A DNA stretch of 64,000 nt, from assembly GCF_006345805.1 (NCBI RefSeq), contig NC_043017.1, positions 15,438,001-15,502,000 of the forward strand, in the 5' to 3' direction. The translations under genes and the position numbers were made by a program. Below the pieces are notes generated by a model. It saw only the letters and a list, made by a program, of their open reading frames with translations. It did not search any database and was not told where the DNA came from. This document shows positions 12,087 to 24,470 of the stretch, one piece after another (position 1 is the first letter of the stretch; each line of letters starts with the position of its first letter). This DNA comes from Octopus sinensis (lineage: Eukaryota).

Positions 12087-13306
12087 CATACATACATACA
12101 TCTACATACATACATACATACATACATACGTACATACGTATGTATGTATCCATATTAAATGCCAAGGAATCAATTATGGTAGAGGAAAGAAGCATCGGTA
12201 TAAAGAAGGATGGAAGTACTTCGGACAGGCAGACAGGCAGGCAGAGAGACGCAGAGGCAAACATATCGAATGAAAACGCAAAGGAAAATCGAGTCGAATG
12301 TTTGGTGATTGTCATCGTTAAATAATGATTGTGTTCGGGCATTATCCGGGAATGGTTTAGAGTTGGAGCAAATAGTTTTACTGCGGCGTTTTTCTCTCTG
12401 AAATGGAAACTAACCAATCGCAGCAATATCATTGTAATGTCACAGCAAATAAACGAAATGAAAGATAAATTGATTGAGTAATTGCTTTTCTACTCGGTTC
12501 ATCTCCAGTTTCAAATGGAAAGAAATCCAGTCGTAGGGTTTCCATTTTGAAAATTACGTCGGGTTTGTGGTGGTGGCGGTGGTGGTGGTGGTGGTCGTCG
12601 TTGTTGTTGTTGTTGGTAGTTCCCCACCACCAACACCATCACCACCAAATTCGTCTTATGTCATTGAAATATCAATGAAAATACACAGGCAGCAGATATT
12701 GTGGAGCAAATGGAGTAAAAAAAAAAATGAAAGCAGTTCTGGGTTTCCATTTTTCTAAAAATACGTTTACCCGTCGGTCGTCTGCTGGTTTAGTTATTTT
12801 TCCCTTCAGTTTGCTGAAGCATCAAACAAAACGAAATCCTAGCAAACAGCAGCAGATGATGACCTTAATGGCGTCGCATAGAATAAAAGAGATTAATCGC
12901 AAAATGAACTTATTACTGGCGAAATTGAAAGGGGCCGCACACCTATATATCGGTTTGCGACTTATATAAGAGGGAGAGAAAGAGGCAAACTCCGAGAGAC
13001 AGAGAGACGTGTTTATAGCGATACCCGTTCAATATCTATTATCTATCATTTATTGATTTCGTGGGATTTTGTTTAATTTGGACGAATTTCAAAGGAAACT
13101 ATTGCTGTTGTAGTTACTGTTGATATCATCATCATCATCATCATCAGCATCCTCACCATCCACAATCACACACTGTTTTCAGCATAAAGTGTGTTATGTC
13201 ATTTAATTGTTGAGTCATTAATCTATGACTGCTGCGTCTGATGTATTTCTAGCTATTATCTTACTTCTAGCATTAGGTTCAGCTGTTAATATTAATCTGA
13301 CTCTTG

Positions 13307-13465
13307 TAAGGCAGCGAACGGGCAGAAACGTCAGCACGCCGAGCGAAGCACTTGGCGGCATTTCGTGCGCCATCCCATTCTGACTTCAAATTCCGGCGAT
13401 GTCGACTTTACCTTTCATCCTTTAAGGGTCGACAAAATAAGTATCGCTTGGACACTGGGGTCCAA
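13307..13465 (+). mobile_element. SINE
   Basis: GGCAGCGAACGGGCAGAAACGTCAGCACGCCG..TTCAAATTCCGGCG..GGGTCGACAAAATAAGTA. Confidence 0.7.
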
Positions 13466-13989
13466 CCGATACTACAGGCATTCTGTCAAAATTTGTATCC
13501 AGTAACTTATCTCCACTATTTTCTGTCTCTCCTAATTACTTTTTTCCATTCCTAAGTATTTCTGTTTCTGTTCTTAATCTCTCTGATTTCAGTTTTGTTT
13601 ACGAGCTGGTTCGCCACACACCTTGCCACTCAATTCAAATCCACCACCCTTGCTATCTTGGGTCCTGCAGCAAGGTACCGACGGCAGGTTACCCTGGTGA
13701 TATTTTTCCGGAAGGACGTTTCGTAAGCCGGCCACATCATGAATGTTGACCTTCCTTCTTTAAATTAAACCATGAACGAAATATGAATGGCACCAACGTT
13801 TGCGGGGTTCAAAGGGAAAAGGAGAAAAACAAACACGGTGAACTACATATACACACACACATACACATGCATACATATGTACGGGCTTACGTACAAACGT
13901 AATTGCATAAGCACATACATACAAACATACATATATACACACACACACATAAATGTATGTACATGTGTATGTACGTGGGGCGGGGTGAG

Positions 13990-14635
13990 AGAGACGTAGC
14001 TCGTGGCTTAGTGGTTAGGGTTTTCGGCTCAGGACCGTTAGACGGTGAATTCGATCCCCAGTGGTGTGTTGTGTCCTTGAGCAACACACTTCACTTTACG
14101 CTGCACCAGACCACTCAGCTGACTACAATGAGTTGTATCTGTGAGTTAAAAGAGGCCAGCCTCATCACATTCTCAGGCTCTTCTGCTAATCGTATCAACC
14201 GGAACACTCGTCGTCGTAACCGACGGGGTCCCAAGTATATAGATAGATAGATTTATATATGCAGGAGTGGATGTGTGGTAAGAAGCTTGCTTCCCAACCA
14301 CATGGTTCCGGGTTCAGACCCCTGCATGGCACCTTGAGCAAGTGTCTTCTATTATAACCTCGGGCCGACCAAAGCCTTGTGAGTGGATTTGGTAGACAGA
14401 AACTGAAGGAAGCCTGTCATGTGCATATATACATGTGTGTGTCTGTGTATGTGTGTGTGTTGTGTGTGTGCGTGCGTGCGTCTGTGTGTATTTGTGTATC
14501 TGTGTTTGTCCCCTCGCCGTCGCTTGACAACCGATGTTGGTGCCTTTACGTCCCCGTAAATTTGTGGTTCGGCAAAAGAGACCTGTAGAATAAATACTAG
14601 GCTTACAACGAATAAGTCCTGGGGTCGATTTGTTC
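13990..14635 (+). mobile_element. Two adjacent tRNA-derived SINEs (13990-14235 and 14260-14635)
   Basis: Heads TGGCTTAGTGGTTAGG..TTCGATCCC and GTGTGGTAAGAAGCTTGCTTCCCAACCACATGGTTCCGGGTTCAG, each followed by a CCTTGAGCAA core. Confidence 0.8.
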
Positions 14636-14642
14636 CAGAAAG

Positions 14643-14675
<33 letters not shown>

Positions 14676-14679
<4 letters not shown>

Positions 14680-15934
14680 GTCATCCCATAAATAATGCGA
14701 TTTCTTTTACTTCTATTTTTCAAAATTAAGATAAACCAAGTTCTTTAATCTAAAACATACTCTCCTTCATTTTTTACAATGCTCTTCTATCTATCTGGAA
14801 GATTTGCAAGGTCCCCTCTACCAAAATTCACTTGTCTGTGACGAGAAATGCCCCTCCAGTACTGTTGTGACTTCGTCTACAGAATTCATATTTTTGCCGT
14901 CCAAATAATTTTGAAGACATCAGAATAAATGATAATCGGGAGGGGCAATGTCCAGCGAATATGGTGGGTGGGGCATCGTTTCCCATTCCAACTGCTCCAG
15001 CCTTTAGAATGTCATCCTTGCTGTATGTTGCCGAGCATTATCCTGATGGAAGAACACCTTTCGTCTTGAAACCAAAGATGGTCGTTTCTCTTCTGGCGCT
15101 GACTTAAGACGCTCAAGCTGCTCACAGTAGATCTCCTTTGTTGTCATTTGGCTTGGGTTTAAAAGTTCAAAGTGGACTCAACCTTTCATATCCCACCAAA
15201 CAGTTAACAACACCTTACGTGGGTGAAGACCTTCTTTAGCCTGGGATGCCGGTGTTTCTCCTTTCCCTACCCACTGTCTTCAGCGCCTGACAATTTTATA
15301 GAGAACTCATCTTTCGGCACCAGTCACTATTCGGTCCAAAAAAGGTTCATTCGTGAGACGTGACAGAAAACAAAAGAGTACGCTCTCTGTGCGCTATGAG
15401 ACTGTGAGGAACCCATTGACCCAATTTGCTGACTTTTCTGGTGCCGTTCAGGTGTCGATGAATGGCTGAATGACGAAATCCAAGTTTCTCTGCTAGTTGT
15501 GATGGGATTTTCTTTCCACAAGGATTTGCACGACGTCCTCGTCGAGCCCTACAGATCTTCCATGACGAGGCTTGTCTAGCAGACTGTAGTTTCCGGTTCG
15601 GAATTTCTGGAACCACCGTTGATACTGGCTTATGCTTATTGTCTGATCTCCATATACTGCATTAATATTCCTCACATTTTCCGTTGCGTTGTTTCCTTTA
15701 TTGAACTCAAAAAGCAAAATATGCCGAATACGCTCCTTTGTCACTTTCATTATAACTTTGAAAGAATAACTGTTAAAATCGAACTGCACTCTTCAAAACG
15801 TGCACTAAGAATAAGGACAAGGTAAAATTACTACCTGCCTTCATAGCAAGTTGATGCAGGTAGTTTATCCCACTCCCCTTCCGACTTTCATTTCATGCAA
15901 TTGAAAAAACCGCATTATTTAAGGGATGACCCCA
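14676..15934 (-). mobile_element. Full-length but inactivated mariner (DD34D) transposon
   Basis: TIRs TTGGGTCATCCCATAAATAATGCG / CGCATTATTTAAGGGATGACCCCA, TA target-site duplications, 1259 bp. Confidence 0.93.
14745..15750 (-). pseudogene. Mariner transposase pseudogene
   Basis: MKVTKERIRHILLFEF..RWFQKFRTG, WVPH, HPRKVLLTVWWD, HQDNARQH, HPPYSLDIAPPDYHLF; frameshifts and stops. Confidence 0.92.
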
Positions 15935-16172
15935 TACATATACATATATATATATACATATATATATATATACATAGATATTAATATATATAGATATATA
16001 TATATAATATATATATAATATCTATATATATAATTATAGAGAGAGAGAGAGTGAGAGAGATACATATATATATAAATATATTTATATATATATATATAGT
16101 ATTATATATATATATACTTATATACTTTATATAGATATATATATATATATATATACTTTATATTTTTTATAT

Positions 16173-16244
<72 letters not shown>

Positions 16245-16363
16245 TATATAATATATATATAATATATATTATACTTATATATATATCTATATTTATATAT
16301 AAAGTATACGGATATATATATATATATATATATTATAATATATATAAATATATATATACGTAT

Positions 16364-16395
<32 letters not shown>

Positions 16396-16428
16396 GATTA
16401 TATATATAATATATTTATATATATATAA

Positions 16429-16470
<42 letters not shown>

Positions 16471-16522
16471 TTATATATATATACATATTATATATATTTA
16501 CATATATATATTTATATATATA

Positions 16523-17310
16523 CTGGTCTCACGCCATTTCCGCTCCACCGGAACCCTGTCTGTGTTCGGATTGTCCTTGCACAGAGGCCATCCGGATTCC
16601 CGTTTGCGCCGTGAACAGGGATTAATCTTCTCTCTTCGCTCTTTTATGCCATTTGGTCTCAACTCCCCCCCCCCTTTTTCATCTAACTCCTACTTCTCTT
16701 CATTCCTTCATCTTTTCACCCCTACTCTCTTTCCCTCCTCTTCCCTCATCTCCTCTCTCCTCTCCCCTCCTCTCTCTTCTCTCCCCCTCTCACTCTCCCC
16801 ACAACCACCACTCTACCCTAACCTCTAGCCGAGCCCACACCCCAAATGGGCTTTTCCCACTCTCGCCCCCCCCCCCTCCCCACAACATCACACCACACTA
16901 CACTACACCATACGACATTACACACCACATCATACATACATACACACGTCCAGACCACCAGCCTTCTTTCCCATGCACATACATACTCTCTTATGCACAC
17001 ATACACGTTCATGTTGGGGCGAGGTCACTTGACCCTGTTATCTCCCCTACTATCCTCTAGCGTCTAACGTCTGACCTCTAACGTTGACCTCCGATCTCTG
17101 ACTTCTGAAATCAGAACGCCATGCTGGATCGTTAGCCCCTAACGCAATTTTTTCTCCCTTGTTTCTTTTCTGTGTATCTTTCTGTCGAAGAGCGTAGGCT
17201 CGAAACGTAAAAGACTTGTTTATTTCTAATCCTGAGCGCCATACTAATACATTGTTTGTTTGTACTCCACCTGCCTTGTCTTTTGTTTATTTTCGTAAAC
17301 CTTCCCGTTA
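16523..17310 (+). mobile_element. Penelope-like element 3' fragment (GIY-YIG C-terminus plus terminal repeat)
   Basis: VSRHF..LSVFGL..RLRREQGLIFSLRSFMPFGLN matches the PLE endonuclease end; followed by an HHR-bearing tail; (TA)n on both sides. Confidence 0.8.
17177..17214 (+). ncRNA. Minimal type I hammerhead ribozyme, variant core
   Basis: UCUUU-CUGUCGA-A-GAGC(GUAG)GCUC-GAAAC-GUA-AAAGA; palindromic ACGU stem III; A6 replaced by U. Confidence 0.65.
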
Positions 17311-17380
17311 TGTATATATATATATATATATAATATATATAATATATATATATATATTTATTTATTTATTTTATAGAAGG

Positions 17381-17431
17381 AGCTTCTACAGGACTAGAAC
17401 TGTTTCATTCAAAAGAAATCATCAGGAAGTT
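17381..17431 (-). ncRNA. Type I hammerhead ribozyme
   Basis: Mirror of 19262-19312 with one stem I mismatch. Confidence 0.75.
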
Positions 17432-18112
17432 AGGTGACAAGAGTAGTTTGGCATTTATACATTTAGGCAGGTTTTAAAGGGGTGGTGGTGGGGGACTTTT
17501 TGGTGGTAGGCATGGCGCAAACTATCATTCTTAGGGGAGTGGTCAAAGGAATCGGTGGTAAAGTAGATAAAAGAATAAATAAAAGAACAAAGAACCAATA
17601 GAAAAATAGAAGTTTTAGGTAAATAAGGAGACTCTCACTTATACATATACATATATATATACATACACATACATACATACATACACAATATATATATATA
17701 TATATATATGCACACACATGTACATATACACATACACACACACATACACACATGTATACCTATACATACATACATATACACACATATACATACTAGAACA
17801 TATACATGTATACACATACACATACGTACACATACACACATACACCCATATACACATGTACATATATTACCCGTATACATGTATCTACGTACACGCCCAT
17901 ACCCATACTCATACATACACTTATATATGTCTACACACATATATATATATAAATAAAAGGGGATATGCACCCCCATACACACACGCTCCCATATCCATAT
18001 ATATATGTGTATATATATATATACACACACACATATATACATATATACACACACCCATATACACATATACATACATACACATACATACCTATACATATAT
18101 ATATATATATAC

Positions 18113-18147
<35 letters not shown>

Positions 18148-18587
18148 CACGCACACATATATACACACATACATATGCATATACATGCACACACATACAC
18201 ACTCATTTATTCCCTTATTTTAATTTTATTTTATCCTTTGTTTTTATTTTTATTTATTATCTTGACCTCGGTCAGCCAGCCCAGCACTGAAGTGATTTCG
18301 TCCCAAGGGATAGTCTAAAGAGTCCATTTATTGCTCTTCTCCCTTCCTTTCTATCTTTCTACTCACTGATACGAACACAAACACTCACACACGCACACAC
18401 ACTCACACGTACACTCATACACATACAAACACGCACGTGTTATATTCATACATACATACATCTACATACATGCACGTATATACACATACGTACACGTACC
18501 TACAATTCATATCTACACGCACACATACATACATTCTATACACCCACAGAAGACTAGTCCATACATATACACAAATAATATACACAA

Positions 18588-18631
<44 letters not shown>

Positions 18632-19261
18632 TGTATATGGGTGTGGTATATATGTAGTATATGTGTGTGTAATATATATATTACATATATATATGGATAT
18701 GGGGCGTGTGTGTATGGGGGTGTATATCCCTTTTATTATATATATATATGTTTGTAGACATATATAAGTGTATGTATGAGTATGGGTATGGGCGTGTACG
18801 TAGATACATGTATACGGGTACATATGTACATGTGTATATGGGTGTATGTGTGTATGTGTACGTATGTGTATGTGTATACATGTATATGTCTATGTATGTA
18901 TATGTGTGTATATGTATGTATGTATATGTATACATGTGTGTATGCCTGTGTGTATGTGTATATGTACATGTGTGTGCATATATATATATATATATATGTG
19001 TGTGTGTATGTGTATGTATGTATATGTGTATGTATATATATATGTATATGTATAAGTGAGAGTCTCCTTATTTACCTAAAACTCTATTTTTCTATTGGTT
19101 CTTTTGTTCTTTTATTTATTCTTTTATCTACTTTACCACCGATTCCTTTCACCACTCCCCTAAGAATGATAGTTTGCGCCATGCCTACCCCCAAAAGGTC
19201 CCCACCACCACCCCTTTAAACCTGCCTAAATGTATAAATGCCAAAACTACTCTTGTTACCT

Positions 19262-19312
19262 AGCTTCCTGATGATTTCTTTTGAATGAAACAGTTCTAGT
19301 CCTGTAGAAGCT
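19262..19312 (+). ncRNA. Type I hammerhead ribozyme
   Basis: AGCUUC-CUGAUGA-UUUC(UUUU)GAAU-GAAA-CAG(8 nt)CUG-UA-GAAGCU; 6 bp stem I, 4 bp stem III, predicted GUA cleavage after 19306. Confidence 0.82.
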
Positions 19313-19431
19313 CCTTCTATAAAATAAATTAATTTACTCCGCTATGTATTGAGTACCTTATTTACTGTGGTTAACCCCGACTCAACCCAGGACCTACATA
19401 TATATATATATGTATATATATATATGTATAT

Positions 19432-19474
<43 letters not shown>

Positions 19475-19686
19475 TAAGCAATATAGGATGAAGTCCCTTA
19501 CTCTACAGCAAAGGAATTCATCAGGAAGCGTGGGCAGTATATTTAAAAAAACCGTTACGGTTGCAATATACATCATATAATTATATGATGTATATTGCAA
19601 CCGTAACGGTTTTTTTAAATATACTGCCCACGCTTCCTGATGAATTCCTTTGCTGTAGAGTAAGGGACTTCATCCTATATTGCTTA
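19475..19686. repeat. Perfect 212 bp palindrome heading the tandem array
   Basis: Centre CATCATATAA|TTATATGATG at 19580/19581, no spacer. Confidence 0.92.
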
Positions 19687-19884
19687 GTAGTAAACTCGAT
19701 GCTTGCTACAGGAGGACTGGTAACCATTACAATTTGTAGCGGCGAAAGGTCTGGACGTTGTTTTCTGAGGCTGACCAAAGAATTTTTATTTTTAGATATA
19801 AATGATGTACTCAAGTGTAGTTATGTTTTTAGCTTGTGCTTTTTCCATGATCATACGTGAGTATTTTATTTATATCCCATCGAA

Positions 19885-19952
19885 ATTTCTACTGAAGAAG
19901 GAATATATCTTTTTTTATAAGATTAAGTCCGAAATTGATTCAATATAGAGAT
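19885..19952 (+). ncRNA. Type I hammerhead ribozyme, unit 1
   Basis: AUUUCUA-CUGAAGA-A-GGA..AUCUU/AAGAU..UCC-GAAA-UUG(AUU)CAA-UA-UAGAGAU; predicted AUA cleavage after 19945. Confidence 0.8.
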
Positions 19953-20379
19953 AACGAAATTTAAATTTTCTAAAGGTTAGTTGCCCGTTTTCAGTTTCAA
20001 TTTTCCTGTAACAAGCGGATTATAAGTGGATAAAACAGTGTATTTGGCTTTAGAATAACCCTCTTTAGCCCTTAATTATATGATGTATATTGCAACCGTA
20101 ACGGTTTTTTTAAATATACTGCCCACGCTTCCTGATGAATTCCTTTGCTGTAGAGTAAGGGACTTCATCCTATATTGCTTAGTAGTAAACTCGATGCTTG
20201 CTACAGGAGGACTGGTAACCATTACAATTTGTAGCGGCGAAAGGTCTGGACGTTGTTTTCTGAGGCTGACCAAAGAATTTTTATTTTTAGATATAAATGA
20301 TGTACTCAAGTGTAGTTATGTTTTTAGCTTGTGCTTTTTCCATGATCATACGTGAGTATTTTATTTATATCCCATCGAA

Positions 20380-20446
20380 ATTTCTACTGAAGAAGGAATA
20401 TATCTTTTTTTATAAGATTAAGTCCGAATTGATTCAATATAGAGAT
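20380..20446 (+). ncRNA. Hammerhead ribozyme, unit 2 (GAAA reduced to GAA)
   Basis: As unit 1 but GTCCGAATTG. Confidence 0.6.
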
Positions 20447-20871
20447 AACGAAATTTAAATTTTCTAAAGGTTAGTTGCCCGTTTTCAGTTTCAATTTTCC
20501 TGTAACAAGCGGATTATAAGTGGATAAAACAGTGTATTTGGCTTTAGAATAACCCTCTTTAGCCCTTAATTATATGATGTATATTGCAACGTAACGGTTT
20601 TTTTAAATATACTGCCCACGCTTCCTGATGAATTCCTTTGCTGTAGAGTAAGGGACTTCATCCTATATTGCTTAGTAGTAAACTCGATGCTTGCTACAGG
20701 AGGACTGGTAACCATTACAATTTGTAGCGGCGAAAGGTCTGGACGTTGTTTTCTGAGGCTGACCAAAGAATTTTTATTTTTAGATATAAATGATGTACTC
20801 AAGTGTAGTTATGTTTTTAGCTTGTGCTTTTTCCATGATCATACGTGAGTATTTTATTATATCCCATCGAA

Positions 20872-20939
20872 ATTTCTACTGAAGAAGGAATATATCTTTT
20901 TTTATAAGATTAAGTCCGAAATTGATTCAATATAGAGAT
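20872..20939 (+). ncRNA. Type I hammerhead ribozyme, unit 3
   Basis: Identical to the unit 1 HHR. Confidence 0.8.
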
Positions 20940-21366
20940 AACGAAATTTAAATTTTCTAAAGGTTAGTTGCCCGTTTTCAGTTTCAATTTTCCTGTAACA
21001 AGCGGATTATAAGTGGATAAAACAGTGTATTTGGCTTTAGAATAACCCTCTTTAGCCCTTAATTATATGATGTATATTGCAACCGTAACGGTTTTTTTAA
21101 ATATACTGCCCACGCTTCCTGATGAATTCCTTTGCTGTAGAGTAAGGGACTTCATCCTATATTGCTTAGTAGTAAACTCGATGCTTGCTACAGGAGGACT
21201 GGTAACCATTACAATTTGTAGCGGCGAAAGGTCTGGACGTTGTTTTCTGAGGCTGACCAAAGAATTTTTATTTTTAGATATAAATGATGTACTCAAGTGT
21301 AGTTATGTTTTTAGCTTGTGCTTTTTCCATGATCATACGTGAGTATTTTATTTATATCCCATCGAA

Positions 21367-21433
21367 ATTTCTACTGAAGAAGGAATATATCTTTTTTTAT
21401 AAGATTAAGTCCGAATTGATTCAATATAGAGAT
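21367..21433 (+). ncRNA. Hammerhead ribozyme, unit 4 (GAAA reduced to GAA)
   Basis: As unit 2. Confidence 0.6.
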
Positions 21434-21590
21434 AACGAAATTTAAATTTTCTAAAGGTTAGTTGCCCGTTTTCAGTTTCAATTTTCCTGTAACAAGCGGA
21501 TTATAAGTGGATAAAACAGTGTATTTGGCTTTAGAATAACCCTCTTTAGCCCTTAATTATATGATATATATATTATATATATATATATAT

Positions 21591-21624
<34 letters not shown>

Positions 21625-22325
21625 AAATCAATAAATGGTGGGGTTGTGTTGATTGCACGTAGAGAAATGATAGGCAAGGAAAAATTATAAAAAGGCAGAA
21701 TGCTAAATTGAAGGTAAATTTTAATGAAAATGGGTGTATGGAAAATTTTGAAAAATTAACAAAATATATATATATTAATTCAAACAAGTTTTCGTCACAA
21801 TGTGACTTTTCAAGAATTGTAAGGTGAATAGAAAAAAAATTTTTATGATTGAGGAGGGGGGAAAAAGAAAATTACATTGCTTTTTGCAAAAAAATAATAA
21901 TAAACAAAATTTTAAAAATAGGTACACCGATACATTGTAAAGTCTTTGTGTATCTCGAGTTCAATGATAGTTCTTGGAAAGATTACCTTGGAGAATTGAG
22001 ATCCATGTGATTAAATCCATATGGTGTTTAATTTAGGATGTCTGTTAAATGAATGTCAAAACAGGAAATGGGGTAGGAGTTATCCAGTTCCTGTGAGTAA
22101 GGGGAGACAACTCTGTGGGTTTTAAGCTCTTCAGTTGGGGTTATCAATTTTTTGTAATATAGGGTGTAAATAAACCTTAAATTACAAAATTATCATTTTA
22201 GCTTCATTTGCATGATCTTTTTTTATATAATTCTTTGCTAACATTCAGATTTTAACTCTATATTGTTTTCTAATTATATAAATTTACATAAACCAATTTA
22301 TAATTTCATTTCAGATTGTTATGTC

Positions 22326-22424
<99 letters not shown>

Positions 22425-22796
22425 GCAATAATAATAATGATAAATAAAGAATATAAGTTTTAGCTTGAAGTGATGACTGCATGATAATCCTTATATATTT
22501 GTATTAGTCCATCCATGAAGAATGAGGTAGAAAAAAGAAGTGTGATCAACGAAGAGTTTGCATATCAAGATGCGTTTTGAATTTTTCAATAAAAAGATTC
22601 TCCTTGTTAATTCTCTCTTGTGTGGTGATTCCGTCTTTACATTGGTAGCAGGGGAATACGTAAAATTTAGGATTTTTGTCTTTAGCGCGTGAGTCTATGT
22701 GGCTACTTAGTGGAATTTGCCGGTATTCTGGGATATTTATTTGTTCTTTATGGACTGCTACTCGTTTACGTAAAGAGAGGCTCGTTTGTCCATCAT

Positions 22797-23749
22797 CATC
22801 TCCCTTTCTTTGATCTCCTAATTATAAAAACACCTAAGAACCAAATCATAACAGACATCTACCACAAATATACAGACTCACAACAATACCTCCTCTTTAG
22901 TTCATGCCACCCAAAACACACCAAGACAAATATCCCTTTCAACTTAGCTAAAAGGGTATGCACCATTGTCTCGGGTACAAAAACTCGAGAAATACGCCTT
23001 CAAGACCTCTAAAAACACTATTACAACGCCAATATCCCTCCACCCTTATAGAGTATGGAACAAAACGTGCCAAAGAACTAGACAACATTACACTGAAAAC
23101 CACCCAACCCAACAACACACACAACCCCAAAATACTTCCATACATTTCCACCCACAACCCCAAAAATATCGAAGCATACACCACAACCATACAAAACCAC
23201 ACTCTACCGTCAACAGATCCAAAAATGAAAAACATTATAAATACACACAAAATCCTCAAATGTAAAAGGCAACATAAATTTTTGAAAAAACCCTTGACAA
23301 ATGCCAAACTTCACACACCACATCCACCCCCAGCAGTTAAAAAATGTGCACGCCCAAACTGTGGTACCTGCTCCTTCCTACTTGAAGGCTCTGAATTTAT
23401 CTTCAAACAAGGAACTAAGTTTAAAATCAAGACCAACTTCTCCTGTTCCTCCGAGAACCTTATCTACGTTCTCACATGCGCCGGTTGCCAACATAATTAT
23501 GTTGGACAAACGAGCCTCCCTTTACGTAAACGAGTAGCAGTCCATAAAGAACAAATAAATATCCCAGAATACCGGCAAATTCCACTAAGTAGCCACATAG
23601 ACTCACGCGCTAAAGACAAAAATCCTAAATTTTACATATTCCCCTTCTACCAATGTAAAGACGGAATCACCACACAAAAGAGAATTAACAAGGAGAATCT
23701 TTTTATTAAAAAATTCAAAGCGCATCTTAATATGCAAACTCTTCGTTGA
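22797..23749 (+). pseudogene. PLE RT C-terminus plus GIY-YIG endonuclease (one frameshift near 23010)
   Basis: LPFFDLLI..TDIYHKYTDSQQYL.FSSCHP; Cys linker CARPNCGTC; CSSENLIYVLTCAGCQHNYVGQT..LRKRVAVH..E.LFIKKF. Confidence 0.93.
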
Positions 23750-23854
23750 TCACACTTCTTTTTTCTACCTCATTCTTCATGGATGGACTAATACAAATAT
23801 ATAAGGATTATCATGCAGTTATCACTTCAAGCTAAAACTTATATTCTTTATTTA

Positions 23855-23922
<68 letters not shown>

Positions 23923-24428
23923 GACATAACAATCTGAAATGAAATTATAAATTGGTTTATGTAAATTTATATAATTAGAAAACAATATAGAGTTAAAATC
24001 TGAATGTTAGCAAAGAATTATATAAAAAAAGATCATGCAAATGAAGCTAAAATGATAATTTTGTAATTTAAGGTTTATTTACACCCTATATTACAAAAAT
24101 TGATAACCCCAACTGAAGAGCTTAAAACCCACAGAGCTGTCTCCCCTTACTCACAGGAACTGGATAACTCCTACCCCATTTCCTGTTTTGACATTCATTT
24201 AACAGACATCCTAAATTAAACACCATATGGATTTAATCACATGGATCTCAATTCTCCAAGGTAATCTTTCCAAGAACTATCATTGAACTCGAGATACACA
24301 AAGACTTTACAATGTATCGGTGTACCTATTTTTTAAATTTTGTTTATTATTATTTTTTTGCAAAAAGCAATGTAATTTTCTTTTTCCCCCCTCCTCAATC
24401 ATAAAATTTTTTTTTCTATTCACCTTAC

Positions 24429-24470
24429 AATTCTTGAAAAGTCACATTGTGACGAAAACTTGTTTGAATT
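24429..24470 (+). ncRNA. Hammerhead-like fold with variant core (mirror copy at 21777-21818, minus strand)
   Basis: AAUUC-UUGAAAA-GUCAC(AUU)GUGAC-GAAA-AC(UU)GU-UU-GAAUU. Confidence 0.5.

Larger units (their letters stand above)
17369..19398. mobile_element. Inverted PLE terminal-repeat structure (arms ~700 bp, ~550 bp spacer)
   Basis: 17369-~18070 is the reverse complement of ~18625-19325, including its irregular microsatellite; each arm carries an HHR; same terminus at 47056-47250. Confidence 0.85.
19578..21565 (+). repeat. Four near-identical 493-495 bp tandem repeats, each with a hammerhead ribozyme (retrozyme-like or tandem PLE terminal repeats)
   Basis: Units start at 19578, 20073, 20567 and 21060 with a 12 bp partial at 21554; differences seen are single-base indels. 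Confidence 0.93.

Noticed and set aside
13705-13756. Minus-strand UGAUG...GAAACGUC hammerhead-like string
   Set aside because: Core lacks C3 and A9, and stems I and II do not pair adjacent to the core.
14260-14335. tRNA gene
   Set aside because: tRNA-like head without a full cloverleaf, followed by a SINE body and repeated across the window.
19632-19758. Second CUGAUGA and GAAAGGUC within each 494 bp unit
   Set aside because: No stem I can be formed, and the CUGAUGA is sequestered in a local hairpin with CUUCAUC.
19578-21565. Tandem array as CRISPR or as repeated small protein genes (77-91 aa ORFs)
   Set aside because: No repeat-spacer structure; the ORFs overlap on both strands, lack motifs and are frameshifted in unit 3.
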